A stretch of 63,873 nucleotides of DNA, filler included, from Nitrospinae bacterium RIFCSPLOWO2_12_FULL_45_22 (GCA_001803565.1; 6 parts of 6 records of this genome joined end to end with filler, not necessarily neighbours in it), one strand, 5' to 3'. Positions 48,290-58,742 are shown, counted from the first letter of the whole stretch. The notes: generated by a model not told the origin, from the sequence alone. Made by a program: numbers and translations.

Positions 48290-48451
48290 GGTAATGTCAA
48301 AAGTTTTATGAAAAAAGAGGGAAAAAGTATGAAACCACAGAGAGCACAGAGCAATACCTTGTGTACTCTGTGGTGAAGTTGCGAAAAGCAGAAGGAGAAT
48401 TGATATTTAATGATTTCTCTGTGTACTCTGTGGTGAAGTTTTGACAATACC
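48290..48451. mobile_element. MITE with IS1-like GGTAATGTCAAAA TIRs and an 8-bp target duplication (CACCATAT)
   Basis: CACCATAT at 48282-48289 and 48452-48459; ends GGTAATGTCAAAA / TTTTGACAATACC; internal TGTGTACTCTGTGGTGAAGTT occurs twice. Confidence 0.8.
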
Positions 48452-48476
48452 CACCATATTATAGAGAGGGGTTAAA

Positions 48477-49781
48477 ATGAATATATGTGTTATTGGGGCC
48501 GGATATGTAGGATTGGTAACCGGGGCAGTGTTTGCCGATCTAGGCAATGAAGTGATATGTATTGATGTAGTAGAAGAGAAGATAAAGATGTTGCAGGAGG
48601 GAAAGATCCCTATCTATGAACCGGGCCTGGAAGAGATGGTTGTACGCAATACTAAGGATAGCCGGCTCTTCTTCAGTACTTCTATTGCTAAAGGGGTAAA
48701 GAGAGCCGAGATAATCTTTATCTGTGTAGGAACACCACCCCGGGCCAATGGTGAGACAGACTTATCTTATGTAGAAGCGGTTGCCAAAGGTATTGCCGAG
48801 GCTATGGATAGTTATAAGATCATCGTGAACAAGAGTACTGTACCCGTAGGTACTGGAGATTTTGTCCGAAAGATTATCGAAAAAAACAAGAAGGTAGATA
48901 CTGATTTTGACGTGGTCTCTAACCCAGAGTTCTTGCGGGAAGGCTCTGCTATCCAGGATACCATTTGCCCTGACCGGATAGTCATTGGCGCCCCCAACAA
49001 AAAGGTCGCTATGAAACTTTTGGAACTATATGCCACCCTGGGCAGACCCATGCTGATTACGGATGTATATAGTGCCGAGATAATCAAATATGCCTCTAAT
49101 GCCTTCCTGGCTACTAAAATATCTTTTATTAATGCTATTGCCAATATATGTGAGAAGGCCGGGGCCAATGTGACCGATGTAACCCGGGGTATGGGGTACG
49201 ATTCCAGGATTGGGCCTGATTTCCTCTCCGCAGGCTTAGGGTTTGGTGGCTCTTGTTTTCCTAAAGATTCGGAGTCATTAGTGCAAACTAGCGCCAAATT
49301 AGGCTACAACTTTGATCTGCTCCAGGCAGTAATTAATATAAATAAAGAGCGGGGTGCCCATTTTGTCAATCTAATCAAAGCAAGGATAAACCCCCTATCA
49401 GATAAAATCCTGGGGGTATTGGGCCTGGCCTTTAAGCCTAATACCGATGATATGCGGGACGCTAAATCTATCGAGATAATCAATAGTCTGCTAAACGAAG
49501 GGGCCCGGATAAAGGCATATGACCCGGCCGCTATGGAGAATGCAAAAAAAATACTCCCCCATATAACTTATTGTAGCAGCGCCTATGAAGCGGCAGAAAA
49601 TGCTGATGCCCTGGTTATCATTACCGATTGGAGGGAATTTAGGCTATTAAACATGGAACGGATAAAAGAGTTGATGCGTCGCCCAGTAATATTTGATGGT
49701 AGAAATATTTATGACCCCGAAAAGAAAAAGCGATTAGGGTTCGAATATTATAGTATCGGCCGAGGAAATAGTATCCCATGA
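48477..49781 (+). CDS. ugd: UDP-glucose 6-dehydrogenase
   Basis: GAGYVGL, PIYEPGL, SNPEFLREG, GFGGSCFPKD, AFKPNTDD. Confidence 0.93.
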   Translation: MNICVIGAGYVGLVTGAVFADLGNEVICIDVVEEKIKMLQEGKIPIYEPGLEEMVVRNTKDSRLFFSTSIAKGVKRAEIIFICVGTPPRANGETDLSYVEAVAKGIAEAMDSYKIIVNKSTVPVGTGDFVRKIIEKNKKVDTDFDVVSNPEFLREGSAIQDTICPDRIVIGAPNKKVAMKLLELYATLGRPMLITDVYSAEIIKYASNAFLATKISFINAIANICEKAGANVTDVTRGMGYDSRIGPDFLSAGLGFGGSCFPKDSESLVQTSAKLGYNFDLLQAVININKERGAHFVNLIKARINPLSDKILGVLGLAFKPNTDDMRDAKSIEIINSLLNEGARIKAYDPAAMENAKKILPHITYCSSAYEAAENADALVIITDWREFRLLNMERIKELMRRPVIFDGRNIYDPEKKKRLGFEYYSIGRGNSIP

Positions 49782-51538
49782 ACCTCTATCCACGGCTCCT
49801 GCAATTTATAAAGCCTTATTGGCGCCAGATAGCCCTGGCTATCTTCTGTAGTTTCTTTGTCTCTGCGGCTATAGCCCTATCTGCCTGGATAGTGAAGCCT
49901 GTGCTGGATGGTGTCTTCATGAATAGAGATGCCCGCCTGCTAAGACTGTTGCCCCTGGCTATTATAGGCATCTATCTGGTTAAAGGCGCCTTCAGCTATG
50001 CCCATGCTTACCTGATCCGATCCGTAGGGCAAAAGGTAATCCGGGATATGCGTAATCTCCTCTATGCCCATATTCAACACCTGTCCCTGAAGTTCTTTAA
50101 CGACAATCCTACCGGAGCCCTTATGTCCCGGATCATTAATGATATTGCCATGATCCAGCACTCAGTTTCTAATGTAATTAGCAGTCTGTTTCTTGAAATA
50201 ATAACCATGATAGGGCTGGCGGGTGTTGCCTTCATCCGAGATTGGAAACTAGCCCTTATTGCCTTTATGGTTATGCCCTTGATCGGCTTTTATACTAATA
50301 AATTGGGCAAGAAGCTCAAAAATATCAGCCGGCGTACTCAGGAGAAGATGGCCACCCTCAATGCCTATCTGCAAGAGACCTTTGTCGGTGCCAGGATTAT
50401 CAAGGCCTTTTGTCGGGAAGATTATGTGACAGAAAAGTTTCGGGTGCAGAATCAAAAATATTACCGGACTACTATGAAAGGTGTGCGGGCTGATGAATTA
50501 ACCTCGCCCCTGGTAGAACTCTTTGCTTCTATTGGTATCGGTGGGGTGGTACTTTATGGGGGCTATCAGGTGGTTCTGGGGCATACTACCCCGGGGACTT
50601 TTTTCTCTTTTATGGCAGCCATGATGATGATGTATTCACCAGTAAGGAAGATCAGTAAGGCCAATAATGCTATCCAGCAAGCCCTGGCGGCCGCTAGCCG
50701 GGTATTTGATCTGCTGGACACCGAGAGTGAGATCAAAGAAAAAGAAGCGGCCATAAATTTACCTGAGATAGCCCGCAATATTGTCTTTGAAACTGTGACC
50801 TTCCAATATAACTCTGGCGGAGGGCCGGTGTTAAAAAATATTAATTTGAAAGTTGAAAAAGGGATGAAGATCGCCCTGGTAGGCATGAGTGGAGTAGGAA
50901 AATCCACTCTGATGGATTTACTGCCCAGGTTTTATGACCCCCAGGAAGGAAGAATATTAATTGATGGTATTGATATAAGAGAGGCGAGTCTGGCATCGCT
51001 AAGGGCCCAGATTGGTGTAGTTTCCCAGGAGATCATTCTCTTTAATGATACCTTACGGAACAATATCCGCTTTGGTAGACTGGATGCTACTGATGAAGAG
51101 GTTGAGGCGGCCGCCAAAGCCGCTTATGCCTATGATTTTATTATCCAGTCCGCCCAGGGTTATGACACTCTAATTGGTGACCGAGGGGTACGGCTCTCGG
51201 GTGGGGAGCGGCAGCGGATCGCTATTGCCCGTGCCCTCTTAAAAAACCCACCTATCCTGATCCTGGATGAGGCAACCTCCTCTCTGGATACAGAGTCGGA
51301 ATATATGGTGCAAAAAGCCCTGGAAAATCTTATGAGAGACCGGACAACATTTATCATTGCCCATCGCCTCTCCACGGTCAGGGATGTAGATAAGATCATA
51401 GCTATGGAAGGGGGCAGGATTAGGGAGATAGGTACTCATGCCGAGCTATTAAATTCCAATGGGGTTTATAGTAGGCTATACGAGATGCAATACCGGCTGC
51501 AACAAGGGAATGGAGAGGAGCGATCATGGCTAGAATAG
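49778..51538 (+). CDS. msbA: MsbA-like ABC exporter (permease plus ATPase)
   Basis: TM domain plus [28 protein letters not shown]. Confidence 0.75.
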   Translation: MNLYPRLLQFIKPYWRQIALAIFCSFFVSAAIALSAWIVKPVLDGVFMNRDARLLRLLPLAIIGIYLVKGAFSYAHAYLIRSVGQKVIRDMRNLLYAHIQHLSLKFFNDNPTGALMSRIINDIAMIQHSVSNVISSLFLEIITMIGLAGVAFIRDWKLALIAFMVMPLIGFYTNKLGKKLKNISRRTQEKMATLNAYLQETFVGARIIKAFCREDYVTEKFRVQNQKYYRTTMKGVRADELTSPLVELFASIGIGGVVLYGGYQVVLGHTTPGTFFSFMAAMMMMYSPVRKISKANNAIQQALAAASRVFDLLDTESEIKEKEAAINLPEIARNIVFETVTFQYNSGGGPVLKNINLKVEKGMKIALVGMSGVGKSTLMDLLPRFYDPQEGRILIDGIDIREASLASLRAQIGVVSQEIILFNDTLRNNIRFGRLDATDEEVEAAAKAAYAYDFIIQSAQGYDTLIGDRGVRLSGGERQRIAIARALLKNPPILILDEATSSLDTESEYMVQKALENLMRDRTTFIIAHRLSTVRDVDKIIAMEGGRIREIGTHAELLNSNGVYSRLYEMQYRLQQGNGEERSWLE

Positions 51539-52383
51539 TAATAACCGGCGGGGCAGGATTCATCGGGTCACATCTCTGCGACTATCTACTAAAAAAAGGC
51601 CACGAGATAGTATGTATTGACAATCTTATTACCGGAGATAAGGCCAATATTGCCCATTTAATAGGGCGAAATAACAAATTTACCTTTATCCAACAAGATG
51701 TCACCAACTACCTCTCCATAGATGGAGAAACAGATTTTGTCCTGCACCTGGCCTCACCGGCTAGCCCCATAGATTATGCAGAATTACCTATCCAGACCCT
51801 TAAAGTAGGCTCTTTAGGGACTCATAAGGCCCTGGGCTTAGCTAAAGCCAAAAAAGCTGCCTTTCTACTGGCTTCTACCTCTGAGGTATATGGTGACCCT
51901 TTGATCCACCCACAACCAGAGACTTACTGGGGTAACGTCAACCCCGTAGGGCCCCGTGGTGTATATGATGAGGCTAAACGATTTGCCGAGGCTATGACCA
52001 TGGCCTATCACCGTTTCCATAAGCTGGAGGTAAGGATTGCCCGTATATTTAATACCTATGGGCCGAGGATGCGGATCAAAGATGGCCGGGCTATTCCTAC
52101 TTTTCTCTCTCAAGCCTTGAGGAATGAAGACCTGACGGTCTTTGGCGATGGTACTCAAACCCGTAGCTTTTGCTATATATTAGATCTCATAGATGGCCTT
52201 TACCGGTTATTACTGTCCAACATTAACCAACCTATAAATCTGGGTAATCCCCACGAGATGACTATCTTGGAACTAGCCCAACGGATCCTGGATATAACTA
52301 AAAGCAAGAGTAAAATAGTCTTCTCTCCTTTACCCGAAGATGATCCTAAGGTGCGGCAGCCCAATATCACTAAAGCAAAGACC
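51526..52383 (+). CDS. UDP-glucuronate decarboxylase family, cut by the contig end
   Basis: [41 protein letters not shown]. Confidence 0.92.
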
Positions 52384-52483
52384 NNNNNNNNNNNNNNNNN
52401 NNNNNNNNNNNNNNNNNNNNNNNNNNNTTAATTAATTAANNNNNNNNNNNNNNNNNNNNNNNNNNNNNNNNNNNNNNNNNNNN
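52384..52483. other. Artificial contig linker
   Basis: N-run/TTAATTAATTAA/N-run. Confidence 0.97.
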
Positions 52484-52784
52484 CCTTTCCATTGCCATAA
52501 GCCCGGGTTCCAAATAAAGTTTGTATTTATAAAACTTTAGGTATTGAACGATCCAGTCACACTATGCCTGCTCAGTTCGAGAGGCATAGTGATGATATCG
52601 TAGCACCTGCCGGGCTTGATCCATTAGTTTTAAATTGGTATCCGGTCTGAATTTTCTATTGTTTTCCATAAGTAATAGAATATATAATATCCAAGGCTAA
52701 TTTTCCATTTTTGATCCTCTAATATAAAAATAGCGGGAATTTTTTGATTTTTATAGTCGCTATAAATAGAATATTTTCCATTTA

Positions 52785-52890
52785 TTCTAACTTCCTTCGG
52801 ACTTCGCTCCGCTCGGTCGGTTGGCACGGAAAATTGCATAAGCAATTTCCGCCCCCAACCGACGGCGGCTCATCCCGCTGGCCGTTAGAC
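52785..52890 (+). repeat. attC-like site (imperfect or chimeric)
   Basis: TTCTAAC ... internal hairpin GTCGGTTGG/CCAACCGAC ... GCGGCTCATCCCGCTGGCC-GTTAGAC. Confidence 0.55.
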
Positions 52891-52924
52891 TCCGCAGAGT
52901 GAATTGCGGACGAGGAGGTATCTC

Positions 52925-54631
52925 ATGAGTAATTATCTAGTCCTTGACGTTGAAGCCCAAAATCCTGTGGTTAAGCAGCATGTTAAACGCGTGGCGAATC
53001 GCACATATCGTCTTCCGGAATTTCAAAGAACGTTTGTTTGGGACAACGATCGGGTCTTGAAGCTCTGGGACAGCCTTTACCGCGGGTTTCCAATCGGCCA
53101 ACTCATGTTGTGGAAGCCAGATAGTGAGGACTTTCCAATGCGTGGCTTGGGCCGTAATCAAGCAGAGTTGCAGTCTAATGGACAATGCGAGGCCATCATT
53201 GACGGCCAACAACGATTGACCGCATTGTATCTGGTTCTCACTGGTGACATCCGACTTAGATTTGACTTGGAGAGGGACCGCTTCACCTATAGTGAGGGCG
53301 AGAACTGCTTGCGCCTTGATGTTCTTCGTGACCTCGATGGTCGGCCAATAGAATTCGATGACGCTGCTGGTCGCCAGTTTTTCAACCGCCACGCTACCGA
53401 AGCTCAAAGAAGTACATTTGGCCTAGTAATTGATCATCTCAATGGAATTCTTACAGAGAGACAACTCCCTTCTCAACTTATCAAGTCAGCTAACTATGCC
53501 ACAGTCCTCGGGGTATTCAAGCGCCTAAACCAGCAAGGAGAACCTTTGAACGAAGCGCAACTTACCTTGGCAGGAATCTCCCCCCACTGGCCTGGTGTCT
53601 TTCGCCGGACGTACTCGCTCTTGCTCCGGATGAACTCAGAGATGGGTTTCGACCGAGCTGATGATCCCACATTCGTTTTCCAAGTCTGGACAGCAGTGCA
53701 CACGCAACAGCACCTTATCAGACACCTCGCTCCCGAAGATGAGCGTTCAAAATACAAGAGGCTCGTCGACCAACGCCTCTATGAAGATTCTTGGTCACGA
53801 ACAGAGCGTGGTATCAGTAGTCTTATCGAGATCATGCAACGTGATCTTGACCTAACTAACTTTCAGTTCATCAAGGCATACTACCCCCTTCAAGTCGTCG
53901 CTCACTACCTTGCCTCACACGATGAACCAAGTGATGAGGAGATCAAATCGCTTCGTCGTTGGCTCATCCTAAGTCTCGTTTCTGGTCGTTACCACGAGAG
54001 CGCCTTGAGTAAGTACGGGGCTGACATCAAGGCCACTACGGAAAAGAAGTCTCTTCAAGACCTGTTTAGCCACAAGGGGAATGTACTTGACCCGGCGATA
54101 GTGCAAACTACTCTTGTCGATACTGACCGACTACTAAGTGCTACGTTTCGTTCCGCATACGTCACTCTTCTATATCTCATTTCCCGACAACTCGAAGCTA
54201 CCGACTGGATGAAAACGGAAATTAAAGTCGGAGAACAACTTGAAGATGGGCCGTGGCACTTTCATCACATCTTTCCTGATGAGAGGTTCGATGGAGAACG
54301 TGCTCGGCTCAGGGATGAACTTGAGGATGCACAGTCAAGAGGTGACCACGAAGTCGCCAGAACTCTGGAGCAGGAACGCCAGCGACTTGAGGATCGAGTT
54401 GCATCAGTTGCAAATCTTGCATTCCTAATCCCACCGACTAACCAGAGCATCGGGAATCGTGCGCCGATTGATTATTTGGCAGAACTTGCTTCAACGCCGA
54501 GCGGTCGTAAGGCGCTTGAATCGCAGCTTGTGCCACTTGATCCAGATCTTTGGAAACAGCCCGCGTTTGAGTTGTTCCGACGTCGCCGCTGTGAGCTGAT
54601 CGTAGCGAAGGCAAAGGAGCTCTTCTTTTGA
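52925..54631 (+). CDS. GmrSD-family (DUF262 plus HNH-like) modification-dependent restriction protein; cassette 1
   Basis: LPEFQRTFVW, IIDGQQRLTAL, VFKRLNQQG, HHIFP...ANLAFL...NQSIGN; GAGGAGG RBS. Confidence 0.88.
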   Translation: MSNYLVLDVEAQNPVVKQHVKRVANRTYRLPEFQRTFVWDNDRVLKLWDSLYRGFPIGQLMLWKPDSEDFPMRGLGRNQAELQSNGQCEAIIDGQQRLTALYLVLTGDIRLRFDLERDRFTYSEGENCLRLDVLRDLDGRPIEFDDAAGRQFFNRHATEAQRSTFGLVIDHLNGILTERQLPSQLIKSANYATVLGVFKRLNQQGEPLNEAQLTLAGISPHWPGVFRRTYSLLLRMNSEMGFDRADDPTFVFQVWTAVHTQQHLIRHLAPEDERSKYKRLVDQRLYEDSWSRTERGISSLIEIMQRDLDLTNFQFIKAYYPLQVVAHYLASHDEPSDEEIKSLRRWLILSLVSGRYHESALSKYGADIKATTEKKSLQDLFSHKGNVLDPAIVQTTLVDTDRLLSATFRSAYVTLLYLISRQLEATDWMKTEIKVGEQLEDGPWHFHHIFPDERFDGERARLRDELEDAQSRGDHEVARTLEQERQRLEDRVASVANLAFLIPPTNQSIGNRAPIDYLAELASTPSGRKALESQLVPLDPDLWKQPAFELFRRRRCELIVAKAKELFF

Positions 54632-54649
54632 GGGCAACGACTTTGCGGA

Positions 54650-54709
54650 GTCTAACAAGGGCATGCACCTGACGGGCTTTGCCCGCAGGTGATGCCCATG
54701 CCGTTAGGT
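54650..54709 (+). repeat. attC site (60 bp)
   Basis: GTCTAAC-AAGGGCATGCACCTGACGGGCTTTGCCCGCAGGTGATGCCCATGCC-GTTAGGT, with extrahelical bases. Confidence 0.9.
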
Positions 54710-54724
54710 TTCAGGGAGGACAAC

Positions 54725-55483
54725 GTGGATCAGCTATATCGCCAAGCACTAGAGATGATGGGCATAGCTTTTGATGCTTTGTCCCGCAAAGTAGGCGACC
54801 CTAAGCGGCAGCCGATGGGTGATGGGTATGTGTACCGTTACAAAGAGAAGTCGATTTATCAGGCGATCGTCCAGAAGTTAGCTAGAGTGATTACCGGACT
54901 ACAAGCGATAAGCCTCCTGAATAAGGCTGGCCGCCTTCAAGAGCAGGCAGCATTGCAAAGGACCCTCGATGAATTCGAGGAAGATATTGCCTTTTTGTGC
55001 TTTGGAATAATTTTCAACGAGATAACCGATCTACACAGAGAATACTTGGCCGCGTTCTATGAAGAGGAATTCGATGATCCGGAAAGCGCAATTCGCTCTA
55101 CGCAAAAGCGTCCGATGATACCTAGAAGGAAAATCCTGGCATTTGTAAGTAAAGATAGGGGTACCGGTTACGATCAAAGCTCGACAATAGAGATTGGGAG
55201 AACTATTAGTAAAATGTATTCTGGCTATGTTCACGGAGCATCTCCCCAATTAATGGAACTCTATTTTGGCAACCCTCCGCGATTCCAGTTATCAGGCGGA
55301 GCCGATTCGCCTTTTTACGAAGATCACTTGGAGGATTTGCTCAACTACTATTATCGATCCATACTCTCGTTTGCATTTGCAGCTAAAGCCTTCGGTGAAG
55401 AAGCCCTATTCGGGAGAGTCCGCGACTATTCAGGGGAGTTTGCTGTCGCTTCCGGCCGCGAAAATCAGCTCCGTGAAACATAA
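54725..55483 (+). CDS. Hypothetical helical protein (DUF5677/HEPN-like); cassette 2
   Basis: GTG start after GGGAGG; ALQRTLDE and YSGYVHG motifs. Confidence 0.65.
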   Translation: MDQLYRQALEMMGIAFDALSRKVGDPKRQPMGDGYVYRYKEKSIYQAIVQKLARVITGLQAISLLNKAGRLQEQAALQRTLDEFEEDIAFLCFGIIFNEITDLHREYLAAFYEEEFDDPESAIRSTQKRPMIPRRKILAFVSKDRGTGYDQSSTIEIGRTISKMYSGYVHGASPQLMELYFGNPPRFQLSGGADSPFYEDHLEDLLNYYYRSILSFAFAAKAFGEEALFGRVRDYSGEFAVASGRENQLRET

Positions 55484-55486
55484 GAA

Positions 55487-55545
55487 ACCTAACCCGCCAC
55501 TCCAGCGGACGCGAAAAACCGCGCCGCTGATTTAGGTTGTTAGAA
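55487..55545 (+). repeat. attC site (59 bp)
   Basis: ACCTAAC..CAGCGGACGCG..CGCGCCGCTG..GTTAGAA. Confidence 0.85.
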
Positions 55546-55561
55546 CTAGAAATAGAGAGTG

Positions 55562-56731
55562 ATGTTAGTAACAAGAATCATAGGAAAGTGCCCCGGATGC
55601 AAAAGAGAAAATTCATTTGGTAATGTGAATATTAATCAAAATTTGTTGCTCCGCGGATGTATTCATTGTGATTATTCAATACAAATTCCATTGCCAGCGC
55701 TTTCTAAGAAGATCATATATTTGGATCAGTTTTTCCTATCGCATGCCTTTAGAGAAAATTTAGAACAATTTGTTGAAGCGGCAAATATTATAGCTGAATT
55801 GGCACATGCACAACTTATTATCTGCCCTTGTTCACCAATTCATAAAACCGAAACGCTTCAGTGGAGGCACTCGCAGAAGGAACAACTTTTAGAATTCATA
55901 AAAAAGACATCGCGGGGCAACGAATTCAATCCCGAGTATAGGATAAAGAGGGCGCAAATAACCAATAGCTTTAAAAGGTTTCTTGAAAACGACGAAAAGG
56001 TGCCATCGATTAGCCTACGTGATGCCTTACCAAGAGAGATTAATAACTGGGAAGATTATTTTTGGATTGATGTGAAAGGACTTCCTGAAGATACAGAAAG
56101 AATAAGAAAATCTAAAGAAGACTCAGTTGCCCAGCTCGTAGGACTATTTCAAAATTGGCGAACTCAAAATACAACTTTTGAGCAAGACCATCAATTCGAA
56201 TTAATTGATGGTGCAAAAATATATATACAATTATACATTGAAATGGCTCAGCGTCTAGCCAATGGTGATTTTACGACTCTATTAGAATCGCCCATGATTG
56301 TTGAGACTCTATTGTATTTTGATAAAGACGAAATGGATATACAAAATCGCTTGAATCGAGTGATTGGTTTTTTTAAGTCGAAATATTATTATGAGGTGCC
56401 GTGTGAATATATTTCATCTGGATTATTTGCCGCATTGAAACAGAAAGTAAAAAATGGGCACTACGTTAATGAGGAAAAAGCCAAGAAAACACTCAGTGGC
56501 ATCTTTTATGATATTAGTTTTATTTCCACCTATGCTCCATATTGCGATGCCATGTTCATTGACAACCCAATGATTGATCTCGTCAAAGAACCGAAGCTAA
56601 ATTTAGAAGAGAGATTTAATACTAAGTTTTTTGCCAGGAAAACCTGGAATGAATTTATAGACTATCTCACAAAGATTAAAGAGCAGAAAAGCCAGGAAAT
56701 AGACTGGGGCCTCAGTCTTGTTCATGTATAG
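55562..56731 (+). CDS. Zinc-ribbon plus PIN-like hypothetical protein; cassette 3
   Basis: CPGC...CIHC, IIYLDQFFLS, HKTET, YDISFISTYAPYCDAMFID. Confidence 0.65.
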   Translation: MLVTRIIGKCPGCKRENSFGNVNINQNLLLRGCIHCDYSIQIPLPALSKKIIYLDQFFLSHAFRENLEQFVEAANIIAELAHAQLIICPCSPIHKTETLQWRHSQKEQLLEFIKKTSRGNEFNPEYRIKRAQITNSFKRFLENDEKVPSISLRDALPREINNWEDYFWIDVKGLPEDTERIRKSKEDSVAQLVGLFQNWRTQNTTFEQDHQFELIDGAKIYIQLYIEMAQRLANGDFTTLLESPMIVETLLYFDKDEMDIQNRLNRVIGFFKSKYYYEVPCEYISSGLFAALKQKVKNGHYVNEEKAKKTLSGIFYDISFISTYAPYCDAMFIDNPMIDLVKEPKLNLEERFNTKFFARKTWNEFIDYLTKIKEQKSQEIDWGLSLVHV

Positions 56732-56739
56732 GTAAATTG

Positions 56740-56799
56740 TTCTAACCAATGGATAGCAGGGAGGCTCGCTCCTAGCGCCCCACACCCAAATCGTCAGAA
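56740..56799 (+). repeat. Degenerate attC site
   Basis: TTCTAAC ... GTCAGAA (GTT core reads GTC); same length and position as the other attC sites. Confidence 0.55.
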
Positions 56800-56826
56800 T
56801 GCTTAGAATGCTTAAGGAGAAATCTT

Positions 56827-57153
56827 ATGTCATGGTATAAAATTACAATCTCGGCGCATCAAACGAATTTCGGGGAACATGGGAAAATCCAGGATCAGTT
56901 TGAAAAGATCTTTATTGTTATACAAAACCGACAAGACGTAGCTCTCTTTAGCAGCGGTTGGTCCCATTCAGACACGTTTAATATATATTTTACACCGGCT
57001 TGTACGTCACACCCCGCAATGAAAGCTCTTATGGATAGTTACGGTGCGACTCCTTGTGACGAGCCTACCCGAGAGACTGAAAGTGAATTGAGCCTGCTTG
57101 TTGGTGAATCAAATAGATGGAGGAACCATATCTGGTCACCGGATCTTTCTTAA
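56827..57153 (+). CDS. Hypothetical protein; cassette 4
   Basis: 108-aa ORF with an AAGGAG RBS, between attC sites. Confidence 0.7.
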   Translation: MSWYKITISAHQTNFGEHGKIQDQFEKIFIVIQNRQDVALFSSGWSHSDTFNIYFTPACTSHPAMKALMDSYGATPCDEPTRETESELSLLVGESNRWRNHIWSPDLS

Positions 57154-57279
57154 AAGGACCTAATAGGATTTTGTCTATTTGCAATTACACAAAGTCAACT
57201 TCTCTATACACAAAAAAACGAGAGGCCAAAAGCATAAGACGTTAAATATGATGATCTTGTTTGATCAAAGTAACAAAAA

Positions 57280-57336
57280 TTCTAACGAATTTCTCCAGTG
57301 GACTCGGTTCCCTCGCCGCTGAAAAATTCGTTAGAG
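57280..57336 (+). repeat. attC site (57 bp)
   Basis: TTCTAACGAATTT..CAGTGGACTCG..TCGCCGCTGAAAAATTC-GTTAGAG. Confidence 0.85.
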
Positions 57337-57396
57337 GGCTGTATTATGATGAACCTCCGTTATCCGGAGCTAAGCGCAACGATGAGGAGATATTAA

Positions 57397-58742
57397 CCTG
57401 AAACCGGCATATAGACTAATCTAGAAGGTATAACTCTTTGCTGATAAAGGGAAAAAGCCATATGATATTTGCTGTCTAGACAGCAAAAGCTTATGTAGCC
57501 ATAAATTGACTAATATTAGCTAATTATTTCTTTCAGGTATTATTATTTACTATAAAATTAAAGATTAATAAATATATTTTTTATAAATAGGTAGAAAAGC
57601 GATCTCCAATCCTGTAAAATAAGCATATTAGGAGATTAAATTTAGTATATAATCCTATTCTACACAGAAGGGAGATCGCCATGTATATTATAGCAGATAG
57701 ACCCAAGGAAATTCAGCCCGAAAAACTACCCCCAAGGAGAGAGCGGCGTGTAGAGCAGTTGGAACTTTACAGGAGATTCAAAAAGCTCAAGAAGCGAATC
57801 AAGGGCTGTGATCTTCCGGTAGACTTTGATAACGATAGTTGTACCTCTGTGGGTAACTTTGCCTCCATAGAGAGCTTTAAGAGGGGCATCGGATTTCTGG
57901 AGCAGATAAAGGGGTCACTAACCTTAAAGAAAGGAGCAAATAGCATGTTTGGTGCCCCGGAGATGATTGACTATCAAGTAGATGCCTTGCTAGCTGGTTA
58001 CTCCCGCATTGAGCATACAGAGCAGCTGCGCTTTGACCCTGGTTATCTTAAGGTCAAAGGGATCAAGTCCTTTCCCAGTGAGAAATGTTTTCGGGATCTT
58101 TATAGCCAGATGGAGGAAGGGCATCTGGCTGAGTTGGAAGGGCTCAATCTCTGGCTTATCAAGCAGAAGTCCCTCTGGGAGGGTCCTTGCTCTGTTAGCC
58201 TGGATTATGACGATACTGTGATCACCTTGCATGGTCAACAAGAGTTAGGGGAGGTGGGCTACAATCCCCGCTATCATGGTCGGCCTTCTCTGAAGGTCAA
58301 GGTCTGCTTTATCAGTGGGACCGATGAGGTCTTAAGTGCCCAGATATACGGGGGTAAGACCCACAGTAACGGGGGTTTTTTAGAGTTCCACAATGCCTGT
58401 GAGGCCAAACTCCCTCATAACTATGTCCTCAAGCGAGTCAGGTTGGACAAGGGTTTCTTTGATGAGGTAAACTTCCAATATTTTGAAGAGAGCACTAGCG
58501 AGTATATCTGCAAGGCCCCTTTAAAAGAGAATCTAAAGCGTGTGGCCTTAGATATATCTGACTGGGAGGAAATAAGCAAGCGTCACAGTGTGGCCGAGAG
58601 GACCCTGATCTTGCCTAGCTGGTCCAAACCGAGAAGGTTCATCTTCATTAGGGAGAAGATGGATCAGAATGGTCAGTTGTTGCTCCCAGGTCTCTATAAA
58701 TACCAAGCTATTGTGACCAATATCGAGGAAGAGACTCCCCTG
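57397..58742 (+). mobile_element. IS1380-family insertion sequence (left part only; left boundary inferred)
   Basis: Probable left end CCTGAAACCGGCA interrupts the next cassette; transposase gene follows. Confidence 0.7.
57681..58742 (+). CDS. IS1380-family DDE transposase, cut by the contig end
   Basis: LDYDDTVITLHGQQE..EVGYNPRYHGRPS, VRLDKGFF, WSKPRRFIFIR, YQAIVTN. Confidence 0.9.
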
